In this document: piece after piece, positions 12,001 to 24,478 of the stretch
How the letters are laid out: the number at the start of each line of letters is the position of its first letter
Position numbering within the stretch: position 1 is the stretch's first letter
DNA from: Laetmonice hystrix
Lineage: Eukaryota
Length of the DNA stretch: 64,000 bases
Assembly: GCA_965235115.1 (NCBI GenBank)
Contig: OZ249436.1
Location: 24,492,001-24,556,000 of the forward strand
Direction: 5' to 3'
Program-made: the position numbers and the translations under genes
Notes under the pieces: model-generated
The model's input: only the letters and a program-made list of their open reading frames with translations
Databases searched by the model: none
What the model was told of the DNA's origin: nothing

Positions 12001-15000
12001 CACCCCGACACGCTTTCCAAACCACTATACCCACCGAGCGACATCCACTCAAATACAGGCTTCGACCGATCCTCACTGTGCCAATAATCCGCCACAAGGC
12101 AAATTCAGTCAATGCAAGCTGGAAAATCGAATGTCAAACCTAATGCTCCCCCCCCCCCCAGCACGTTAACTGAAAATAATCAACTAGCTTGAAAACTAGA
12201 ATATAGCTTTGTTAAGCTAACAATCTACTCTCCCAGCGCCATCAACTCGCATACAGGCGTAAAAGCAAACGCACTGCCCCATATAATGCTTCCAGCCTAA
12301 AACGATGTTGCAATTAATTTAAAATTAACAAGATGCACTAGTAATCCGATCCAAGCCTAATTACGTCATTGCTAGTTTCATAACCAAATCTCACAGAAAA
12401 TACCCCACCCGCGCACATAACCTGAAAATATTCAACTTTTATCTCCAATGTATCCCTGTGCACCTAGTAGCACCCAAGCGGGCCCAATTTTGACATTCCA
12501 ACACAAATACCGCAAATACCCGCCTAATGGCACAAAAAACTTTCTACCCCGTTGCAAGTCACATTAGCTTGCTGCTTGTCGTAAAAAATGGTGCAGACCA
12601 TTTCTAAAGTCACAGTACCCCACTCCCGGCCTAATATTACGTTTCAGTATCCATATACGCTGCAAGCGGCAGGAACTCGAATACAGGCCTAAAAGTAACC
12701 CCAGTCTAGCAATATCATACTCTCATGCCATATACGAGCTTGTAATTATCTTTAATTAATGGGCTCCGCAGCACCAACCCACTGCATTAACATTTGTTTA
12801 ACAGCTTAACGCACCTTGTAAAAAATTTTCAAGTGCGTAAAAATGCGTGTCCACCTCCACATACTTTAAAAATCACTATACCCACCCAGCGACATTCACT
12901 CTAATACACGCCTAAGAGGAACTTCACTGTCCCATTTGATTCTCCAGCACGTATAGGATGTTTCAAGTAACATTTATCCACGGTCTGGCCCAATAACGTG
13001 CAACAAGGCATAGTAAGTCAATGCGACCTCGCATGTCAAACCTAACCCGCCCCCCAGCACATGAGCTGGAGATATTCAAATAGCTTGAAAACTAGAATAT
13101 AGCTTTGCTTAATACCATTATACCATCAACTCGCATTACAGGCCTAATGCGAAGCTCCCAGCCTAAAACGAGTTTCCAATTAATTTAAAGTTAACAAGAT
13201 GCACTAATAATCGATTCCAAGCCTAATTAGGCCATTGCTAGTTGGATAACCAAATCTCATACAAAATACACCCTCCCGGCAGATGACCTGAGAATATTCA
13301 ACTCTTATGTCCGATATATCCCTGTCCGCTTAGTAGCACCCAGCCGGGCCCCCATTTTGACATTGCAACACCAATACAGCAAGTGCCCAGCTAACAGCAC
13401 AAATAACAGGATTCAGGGCTTCCTACCACGTTACAAGTCACAATAGATTGCTGCCTGTCGTAAAAATATACCAGACCATTTTAAAAAGTCACAGAACCCC
13501 AATCCGGCCCTAATATGTCACTCCCAGTACCAATAGACGCTGGAAGCACCATCAACTGAAATTCAGGCCTAGAACCCACCTCTCTCTACCAATATCATGC
13601 ACCTAGTCCGTATACGAGGTTGTAATTTACTTTAATCAACGGGCTGCGCCGCAGCAACCCACTCTGGTCTTTGCAATCTTTTTCAATATGCGTTAACATT
13701 TGTGACCAGCTCAACGCGCCTTGTAAAATTTTTCAAAGTGCGTAAAAGTGTGTGTCCACCCCGACACGCTTTCCAAACCACTATACCCACCGAGCGACAT
13801 CCACTCAAATACAGGCTTCGACCGATCCTCACTGTGCCAATAATCCGCCACAAGGCAAATTCAGTCAATGCAAGCTGGAAAATCGAATGTCAAACCTAAT
13901 GCTCCCCCCCCCCAGCACGTTAACTGAAAATAATCAACTAGCTTGAAAACTAGAATATAGCTTTGTTAAGCTAACAATCTACTCTCCCAGCGCCATCAAC
14001 TCGCATACAGGCGTAAAAGCAAACGCACTGCCCCATATAATGCTCCCAGCCTAAAACGATGTTGCAATTAATTTAAAATTAACAAGATGCACTAGTAATC
14101 CGATCCAAGCCTAATTACGTCATTGCTAGTTTCATAACCAAATCTCACAGAAAATACCCCACCCGCGCACATAACCTGAAAATATTCAACTTTTATCTCC
14201 AATGTATCCCTGTGCACCTAGTAGCACCCAAGCGGGCCCAATTTTGACATTCCAACACAAATACCGCAAATACCCGCCTAATGGCACAAAAAACTTTCTA
14301 CCCCGTTGCAAGTCACATTAGCTTGCTGCTTGTCGTAAAAAATGGTGCAGACCATTTCTAAAGTCACAGTACCCCACTCCCGGCCTAATATTACGTTTCA
14401 GTATCCATATACGCTGCAAGCGGCAGGAACTCGAATACAGGCCTAAAAGTAACCCCAGTCTAGCAATATCATACTCTCATGCCATATACGAGCTTGTAAT
14501 TATCTTTAATTAATGGGCTCCGCAGCACCAACCCACTGCATTAACATTTGTTTAACAGCTTAACGCACCTTGTAAAAAATTTTCAAGTGCGTAAAAATGC
14601 GTGTCCACCTCCACATACTTTAAACATCACTATACCCACCCAGCGACATTCACTCTAATACACGCCTAAGAGGAACTTCACTGTCCCATTTGATTCTCCA
14701 GCACGTATAGGATGTTTCAAGTAACATTTATCCACGGTCTGGCCCAATAACGTGCAACAAGGCATAGTAAGTCAATGCGACCTCGCATGTCAAACCTAAC
14801 CCGCCCCCCAGCACATGAGCTGGAGATATTCAAATAGCTTGAAAACTAGAATATAGCTTTGCTTAATACCATTATACCATCAACTCGCATTACAGGCCTA
14901 ATGCGAAGCTCCCAGCCTAAAACGAGTTTCCAATTAATTTAAAGTTAACAAGATGCACTAATAATCGATTCCAAGCCTAATTAGGCCATTGCTAGTTGGA

Positions 15001-15786
15001 TAACCAAATCTCATACAAAATACACCCTCCCGGCAGATGACCTGAGAATATTCAACTCTTATGTCCGATATATCCCTGTCCGCTTAGTAGCACCCAGCCG
15101 GGCCCCCATTTTGACATTGCAACACCAATACAGCAAGTGCCCAGCTAACAGCACAAATAACAGGATTCAGGGCTTCCTACCACGTTACAAGTCACAATAG
15201 ATTGCTGCCTGTCGTAAAAATATACCAGACCATTTTAAAAAGTCACAGAACCCCAATCCGGCCCTAATATGTCACTCCCAGTACCAATAGACGCTGGAAG
15301 CACCATCAACTGAAATTCAGGCCTAGAACCCACCTCTCTCTACCAATATCATGCACCTAGTCCGTATACGAGGTTGTAATTTACTTTAATCAACGGGCTG
15401 CGCCGCAGCAACCCACTCTGGTCTTTGCAATCTTTTTCAATATGCGTTAACATTTGTGACCAGCTCAACGCGCCTTGTAAAATTTTTCAAAGTGCGTAAA
15501 AGTGTGTGTCCACCCCGACACGCTTTCCAAACCACTATACCCACCGAGCGACATCCACTCAAATACAGGCTTCGACCGATCCTCACTGTGCCAATAATCC
15601 GCCACAAGGCAAATTCAGTCAATGCAAGCTGGAAAATCGAATGTCAAACCTAATGCTCCCCCCCCCAGCACGTTAACTGAAAATAATCAACTAGCTTGAA
15701 AACTAGAATATAGCTTTGTTAAGCTAACAATCTACTCTCCCAGCGCCATCAACTCGCATACAGGCGTAAAAGCAAACGCACTGCCC

Positions 15787-17499
15787 CATATAATGCTCCC
15801 AGCCTAAAACGATGTTGCAATTAATTTAAAATTAACAAGATGCACTAGTAATCCGATCCAAGCCTAATTACGTCATTGCTAGTTTCATAACCAAATCTCA
15901 CAGAAAATACCCCACCCGCGCACATAACCTGAAAATATTCAACTTTTATCTCCAATGTATCCCTGTGCACCTAGTAGCACCCAAGCGGGCCCAATTTTGA
16001 CATTCCAACACAAATACCGCAAATACCCGCCTAATGGCACAAAAAACTTTCTACCCCGTTGCAAGTCACATTAGCTTGCTGCTTGTCGTAAAAAATGGTG
16101 CAGACCATTTCTAAAGTCACAGTACCCCACTCCCGGCCTAATATTACGTTTCAGTATCCATATACGCTGCAAGCGGCAGGAACTCGAATACAGGCCTAAA
16201 AGTAACCCCAGTCTAGCAATATCATACTCTCATGCCATATACGAGCTTGTAATTATCTTTAATTAATGGGCTCCGCAGCACCAACCCACTGCATTAACAT
16301 TTGTTTAACAGCTTAACGCACCTTGTAAAAAATTTTCAAGTGCGTAAAAATGCGTGTCCACCTCCACATACTTTAAACATCACTATACCCACCCAGCGAC
16401 ATTCACTCTAATACACGCCTAAGAGGAACTTCACTGTCCCATTTGATTCTCCAGCACGTATAGGATGTTTCAAGTAACATTTATCCACGGTCTGGCCCAA
16501 TAACGTGCAACAAGGCATAGTAAGTCAATGCGACCTCGCATGTCAAACCTAACCCGCCCCCCAGCACATGAGCTGGAGATATTCAAATAGCTTGAAAACT
16601 AGAATATAGCTTTGCTTAATACCATTATACCATCAACTCGCATTACAGGCCTAATGCGAAGCTCCCAGCCTAAAACGAGTTTCCAATTAATTTAAAGTTA
16701 ACAAGATGCACTAATAATCGATTCCAAGCCTAATTAGGCCATTGCTAGTTGGATAACCAAATCTCATACAAAATACACCCTCCCGGCAGATGACCTGAGA
16801 ATATTCAACTCTTATGTCCGATATATCCCTGTCCGCTTAGTAGCACCCAGCCGGGCCCCCATTTTGACATTGCAACACCAATACAGCAAGTGCCCAGCTA
16901 ACAGCACAAATAACAGGATTCAGGGCTTCCTACCACGTTACAAGTCACAATAGATTGCTGCCTGTCGTAAAAATATACCAGACCATTTTAAAAAGTCACA
17001 GAACCCCAATCCGGCCCTAATATGTCACTCCCAGTACCAATAGACGCTGGAAGCACCATCAACTGAAATTCAGGCCTAGAACCCACCTCTCTCTACCAAT
17101 ATCATGCACCTAGTCCGTATACGAGGTTGTAATTTACTTTAATCAACGGGCTGCGCCGCAGCAACCCACTCTGGTCTTTGCAATCTTTTTCAATATGCGT
17201 TAACATTTGTGACCAGCTCAACGCGCCTTGTAAAATTTTTCAAAGTGCGTAAAAGTGTGTGTCCACCCCGACACGCTTTCCAAACCACTATACCCACCGA
17301 GCGACATCCACTCAAATACAGGCTTCGACCGATCCTCACTGTGCCAATAATCCGCCACCTAATGCTCCCCCCCCCCCCCAGCACGTTAACTGAAAAAAAT
17401 CAACTAGCTTGAAAACTAGAATATAGCTTTGTTTAGCTAACAATCTACTCTCCCAGCGCCATCAACTCGCATACAGGCGTAAAAGCAAACGCACTGCCC
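15787..17499. repeat. Shortened unit (1,713 bp) with a 44-bp deletion
   Basis: CCGCCAC is joined directly to CTAATGC at 17358/17359. Confidence 0.95.
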
Positions 17500-20400
17500 C
17501 ATATAATGCTCCCAGCCTAAGACGATGTTGCAATTAATTTAAGATTAACAAGATGCACTAGTAATCCGATCCAAGCCTAATTACGTCATTGCTAGTTTCA
17601 TAACCAAATCTCACAGAAAATACCCCACCCGCGCACATAACCTGAAAATATTTAACTTTTATCTCCAATGTATCCCTGTGCACCTAGTAGCACACAAGCG
17701 GGCCCAATTTTGACATCCCAACACAAATACCGCAAATACCCGCCTAATGGCACAAAAAACTTTCTACCCCGTTGCAAGTCACATTAGCGTGCTGCTTGTC
17801 GTAAAAAATGGTGCAGACCATTTCTAAAGTCACAGTACCCCACTCCCGGCCTAATATTACGTTTCAGTATCCATATACGCTGCAAGCGGCAGGAACTCGA
17901 ATACAGGCCTAAAAGTAACCTCAGTCTAGCAATATCATACTCCCATGCCATATACGAGCTTGTAATTATCTTTAATTAATGGGCTCCGCAGCACCAACCC
18001 ACTGCATTAACATTTGTTTAACAGCTTAACGCACCTTGTAAAAAATTTTCAAGTGCGTAAAAATGCGTGTCCACCTCCACATACTTTAAACATCACTATA
18101 CCCACCCAGCGACATTCACTCTAATACACGCCTAAGAGGAACTTCACTGTCCCATTTGATTCTCCAGCACGTATAGGATGTTTCAAGTAACATTTATCCA
18201 CGGTCTGGCCCAATAACGTGCAACAAGGCATAGTAAGTCAATGCGACCTCGCATGTCAAACCTAACCCGCCCCCCAGCACATGAGCTGGAGATATTCAAA
18301 TAGCTTGAAAACTAGAATATAGCTTTGCTTAATACCATTATACCATCAACTCGCATTACAGGCCTAATGCGAAGCTCCCAGCCTAAAACGAGTTTCCAAT
18401 TAATTTAAAGTTAACAAGATGCACTAATAATCGATTCCAAGCCTAATTAGGCCATTGCTAGTTGGATAACCAAATCTCATACAAAATACACCCTCCCGGC
18501 AGATGACCTGAGAATATTCAACTCTTATGTCCGATATATCCCTGTCCGCTTAGTAGCACCCAGCCGGGCCCCCATTTTGACATTGCAACACCAATACAGC
18601 AAGTGCCCAGCTAACAGCACAAATAACAGGATTCAGGGCTTCCTACCACGTTACAAGTCACAATAGATTGCTGCCTGTCGTAAAAATATACCAGACCATT
18701 TTAAAAAGTCACAGAACCCCAATCCGGCCCTAATATGTCACTCCCAGTACCAATAGACGCTGGAAGCACCATCAACTGAAATTCAGGCCTAGAACCCACC
18801 TCTCTCTACCAATATCATGCACCTAGTCCGTATACGAGGTTGTAATTTACTTTAATCAACGGGCTGCGCCGCAGCAACCCACTCTGGTCTTTGCAATCTT
18901 TTTCAATATGCGTTAACATTTGTGACCAGCTCAACGCGCCTTGTAAAATTTTTCAAAGTGCGTAAAAGTGTGTGTCCACCCCGACACGCTTTCCAAACCA
19001 CTATACCCACCGAGCGACATCCACTCAAATACAGGCTTCGACCGATCCTCACTGTGCCAATAATCCGCCACAAGGCAAATTCAGTCAATGCAAGCTGGAA
19101 AATCGAATGTCAAACCTAATGCTCCCCCCCCCCCCAGCACGTTAACTGAAAAAAATCAACTAGCTTGAAAACTAGAATATAGCTTTGTTTAGCTAACAAT
19201 CTACTCTCCCAGCGCCATCAACTCGCATACAGGCGTAAAAGCAAACGCACTGCCCCATATAATGCTCCCAGCCTAAGACGATGTTGCAATTAATTTAAGA
19301 TTAACAAGATGCACTAGTAATCCGATCCAAGCCTAATTACGTCATTGCTAGTTTCATAACCAAATCTCACAGAAAATACCCCACCCGCGCACATAACCTG
19401 AAAATATTTAACTTTTATCTCCAATGTATCCCTGTGCACCTAGTAGCACACAAGCGGGCCCAATTTTGACATCCCAACACAAATACCGCAAATACCCGCC
19501 TAATGGCACAAAAAACTTTCTACCCCGTTGCAAGTCACATTAGCGTGCTGCTTGTCGTAAAAAATGGTGCAGACCATTTCTAAAGTCACAGTACCCCACT
19601 CCCGGCCTAATATTACGTTTCAGTATCCATATACGCTGCAAGCGGCAGGAACTCGAATACAGGCCTAAAAGTAACCTCAGTCTAGCAATATCATACTCCC
19701 ATGCCATATACGAGCTTGTAATTATCTTTAATTAATGGGCTCCGCAGCACCAACCCACTGCATTAACATTTGTTTAACAGCTTAACGCACCTTGTAAAAT
19801 TTTTTCAAGTGCGTAAAAATGCGTGTCCACCTCCACATACTTTAAAAATCACTATACCCACCCAGCGACATCCACTCTAATACACGCCTAAAAGGAACTT
19901 CACTGTCCCATTTGATTCTCCAGCACGTATAGGATGTTTCAAGTAACATTCATCCACGGTCTGGCCCAATAACGTGCAGCAAGGCATAGTAAGTCAATGC
20001 GACCTCGCATGTCAAACCTAACCCGCCCCCCAGCACATGAGCTGGAGATATTCAAATAGCTTGAAAACTAGAATATAGCTTTGCTTAATACCATTATACC
20101 ATCAACTCGCATTACAGGCCTAATGCGAAGCTCCCAGCCTAAAACGAGTTTCCAATTAATTTAAAGTTAACAAGATGCACTAATAATCGATTCCAAGCCT
20201 AATTAGGCCATTGCTAGTTGGATAACCAAATCTCATACAAAATACACCCTCCCGGCAGATGACCTGAGAATATTCAACTCTTATGTCCGATATATCCCTG
20301 TCCGCTTAGTAGCACCCAGCCGGGCCCCCATTTTGACATTGCAACACCAATACAGCAAGTGCCCAGCTAACAGCACAAATAACAGGATTCAGGGCTTCCT

Positions 20401-21008
20401 ACCACGTTACAAGTCACAATAGATTGCTGCCTGTCGTAAAAATATACCAGACCATTTTAAAAAGTCACAGAACCCCAATCCGGCCCTAATATGTCACTCC
20501 CAGTACCAATAGACGCTGGAAGCACCATCAACTGAAATTCAGGCCTAGAACCCACCTCTCTCTACCAATATCATGCACCTAGTCCGTATACGAGGTTGTA
20601 ATTTACTTTAATCAACGGGCTGCGCCGCAGCAACCCACTCTGGTCTTTGCAATCTTTTTCAATATGCGTTAACATTTGTGACCAGCTCAACGCGCCTTGT
20701 AAAATTTTTCAAAGTGCGTAAAAGTGTGTGTCCACCCCGACACGCTTTCCAAACCACTATACCCACCGAGCGACATCCACTCAAATACAGGCTTCGACCG
20801 ATCCTCACTGTGCCAATAATCCGCCACAAGGCAAATTCAGTCAATGCAAGCTGGAAAATCGAATGTCAAACCTAATGCTCCCCCCCCCAGCACGTTAACT
20901 GAAAATAATCAACTAGCTTGAAAACTAGAATATAGCTTTGTTAAGCTAACAATCTACTCTCCCAGCGCCATCAACTCGCATACAGGCGTAAAAGCAAACG
21001 CACTGCCC

Positions 21009-22722
21009 CATATAATGCTCCCAGCCTAAAACGATGTTGCAATTAATTTAAAATTAACAAGATGCACTAGTAATCCGATCCAAGCCTAATTACGTCATTG
21101 CTAGTTTCATAACCAAATCTCACAGAAAATACCCCACCCGCGCACATAACCTGAAAATATTCAACTTTTATCTCCAATGTATCCCTGTGCACCTAGTAGC
21201 ACCCAAGCGGGCCCAATTTTGACATTCCAACACAAATACCGCAAATACCCGCCTAATGGCACAAAAAACTTTCTACCCCGTTGCAAGTCACATTAGCTTG
21301 CTGCTTGTCGTAAAAAATGGTGCAGACCATTTCTAAAGTCACAGTACCCCACTCCCGGCCTAATATTACGTTTCAGTATCCATATACGCTGCAAGCGGCA
21401 GGAACTCGAATACAGGCCTAAAAGTAACCCCAGTCTAGCAATATCATACTCTCATGCCATATACGAGCTTGTAATTATCTTTAATTAATGGGCTCCGCAG
21501 CACCAACCCACTGCATTAACATTTGTTTAACAGCTTAACGCACCTTGTAAAAAATTTTCAAGTGCGTAAAAATGCGTGTCCACCTCCACATACTTTAAAC
21601 ATCACTATACCCACCCAGCGACATTCACTCTAATACACGCCTAAGAGGAACTTCACTGTCCCATTTGATTCTCCAGCACGTATAGGATGTTTCAAGTAAC
21701 ATTTATCCACGGTCTGGCCCAATAACGTGCAACAAGGCATAGTAAGTCAATGCGACCTCGCATGTCAAACCTAACCCGCCCCCCAGCACATGAGCTGGAG
21801 ATATTCAAATAGCTTGAAAACTAGAATATAGCTTTGCTTAATACCATTATACCATCAACTCGCATTACAGGCCTAATGCGAAGCTCCCAGCCTAAAACGA
21901 GTTTCCAATTAATTTAAAGTTAACAAGATGCACTAATAATCGATTCCAAGCCTAATTAGGCCATTGCTAGTTGGATAACCAAATCTCATACAAAATACAC
22001 CCTCCCGGCAGATGACCTGAGAATATTCAACTCTTATGTCCGATATATCCCTGTCCGCTTAGTAGCACCCAGCCGGGCCCCCATTTTGACATTGCAACAC
22101 CAATACAGCAAGTGCCCAGCTAACAGCACAAATAACAGGATTCAGGGCTTCCTACCACGTTACAAGTCACAATAGATTGCTGCCTGTCGTAAAAATATAC
22201 CAGACCATTTTAAAAAGTCACAGAACCCCAATCCGGCCCTAATATGTCACTCCCAGTACCAATAGACGCTGGAAGCACCATCAACTGAAATTCAGGCCTA
22301 GAACCCACCTCTCTCTACCAATATCATGCACCTAGTCCGTATACGAGGTTGTAATTTACTTTAATCAACGGGCTGCGCCGCAGCAACCCACTCTGGTCTT
22401 TGCAATCTTTTTCAATATGCGTTAACATTTGTGACCAGCTCAACGCGCCTTGTAAAATTTTTCAAAGTGCGTAAAAGTGTGTGTCCACCCCGACACGCTT
22501 TCCAAACCACTATACCCACCGAGCGACATCCACTCAAATACAGGCTTCGACCGATCCTCACTGTGCCAATAATCCGCCACCTAATGCTCCCCCCCCCCCC
22601 CCAGCACGTTAACTGAAAAAAATCAACTAGCTTGAAAACTAGAATATAGCTTTGTTTAGCTAACAATCTACTCTCCCAGCGCCATCAACTCGCATACAGG
22701 CGTAAAAGCAAACGCACTGCCC
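21009..22722. repeat. Shortened unit (1,714 bp) with the identical 44-bp deletion
   Basis: Same junction at 22580/22581. Confidence 0.95.
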
Positions 22723-24478
22723 CATATAATGCTCCCAGCCTAAGACGATGTTGCAATTAATTTAAGATTAACAAGATGCACTAGTAATCCGATCCAAGCC
22801 TAATTACGTCATTGCTAGTTTCATAACCAAATCTCACAGAAAATACCCCACCCGCGCACATAACCTGAAAATATTTAACTTTTATCTCCAATGTATCCCT
22901 GTGCACCTAGTAGCACACAAGCGGGCCCAATTTTGACATCCCAACACAAATACCGCAAATACCCGCCTAATGGCACAAAAAACTTTCTACCCCGTTGCAA
23001 GTCACATTAGCGTGCTGCTTGTCGTAAAAAATGGTGCAGACCATTTCTAAAGTCACAGTACCCCACTCCCGGCCTAATATTACGTTTCAGTATCCATATA
23101 CGCTGCAAGCGGCAGGAACTCGAATACAGGCCTAAAAGTAACCTCAGTCTAGCAATATCATACTCCCATGCCATATACGAGCTTGTAATTATCTTTAATT
23201 AATGGGCTCCGCAGCACCAACCCACTGCATTAACATTTGTTTAACAGCTTAACGCACCTTGTAAAAAATTTTCAAGTGCGTAAAAATGCGTGTCCACCTC
23301 CACATACTTTAAACATCACTATACCCACCCAGCGACATTCACTCTAATACACGCCTAAGAGGAACTTCACTGTCCCATTTGATTCTCCAGCACGTATAGG
23401 ATGTTTCAAGTAACATTTATCCACGGTCTGGCCCAATAACGTGCAACAAGGCATAGTAAGTCAATGCGACCTCGCATGTCAAACCTAACCCGCCCCCCAG
23501 CACATGAGCTGGAGATATTCAAATAGCTTGAAAACTAGAATATAGCTTTGCTTAATACCATTATACCATCAACTCGCATTACAGGCCTAATGCGAAGCTC
23601 CCAGCCTAAAACGAGTTTCCAATTAATTTAAAGTTAACAAGATGCACTAATAATCGATTCCAAGCCTAATTAGGCCATTGCTAGTTGGATAACCAAATCT
23701 CATACAAAATACACCCTCCCGGCAGATGACCTGAGAATATTCAACTCTTATGTCCGATATATCCCTGTCCGCTTAGTAGCACCCAGCCGGGCCCCCATTT
23801 TGACATTGCAACACCAATACAGCAAGTGCCCAGCTAACAGCACAAATAACAGGATTCAGGGCTTCCTACCACGTTACAAGTCACAATAGATTGCTGCCTG
23901 TCGTAAAAATATACCAGACCATTTTAAAAAGTCACAGAACCCCAATCCGGCCCTAATATGTCACTCCCAGTACCAATAGACGCTGGAAGCACCATCAACT
24001 GAAATTCAGGCCTAGAACCCACCTCTCTCTACCAATATCATGCACCTAGTCCGTATACGAGGTTGTAATTTACTTTAATCAACGGGCTGCGCCGCAGCAA
24101 CCCACTCTGGTCTTTGCAATCTTTTTCAATATGCGTTAACATTTGTGACCAGCTCAACGCGCCTTGTAAAATTTTTCAAAGTGCGTAAAAGTGTGTGTCC
24201 ACCCCGACACGCTTTCCAAACCACTATACCCACCGAGCGACATCCACTCAAATACAGGCTTCGACCGATCCTCACTGTGCCAATAATCCGCCACAAGGCA
24301 AATTCAGTCAATGCAAGCTGGAAAATCGAATGTCAAACCTAATGCTCCCCCCCCCCCCAGCACGTTAACTGAAAAAAATCAACTAGCTTGAAAACTAGAA
24401 TATAGCTTTGTTTAGCTAACAATCTACTCTCCCAGCGCCATCAACTCGCATACAGGCGTAAAAGCAAACGCACTGCCC

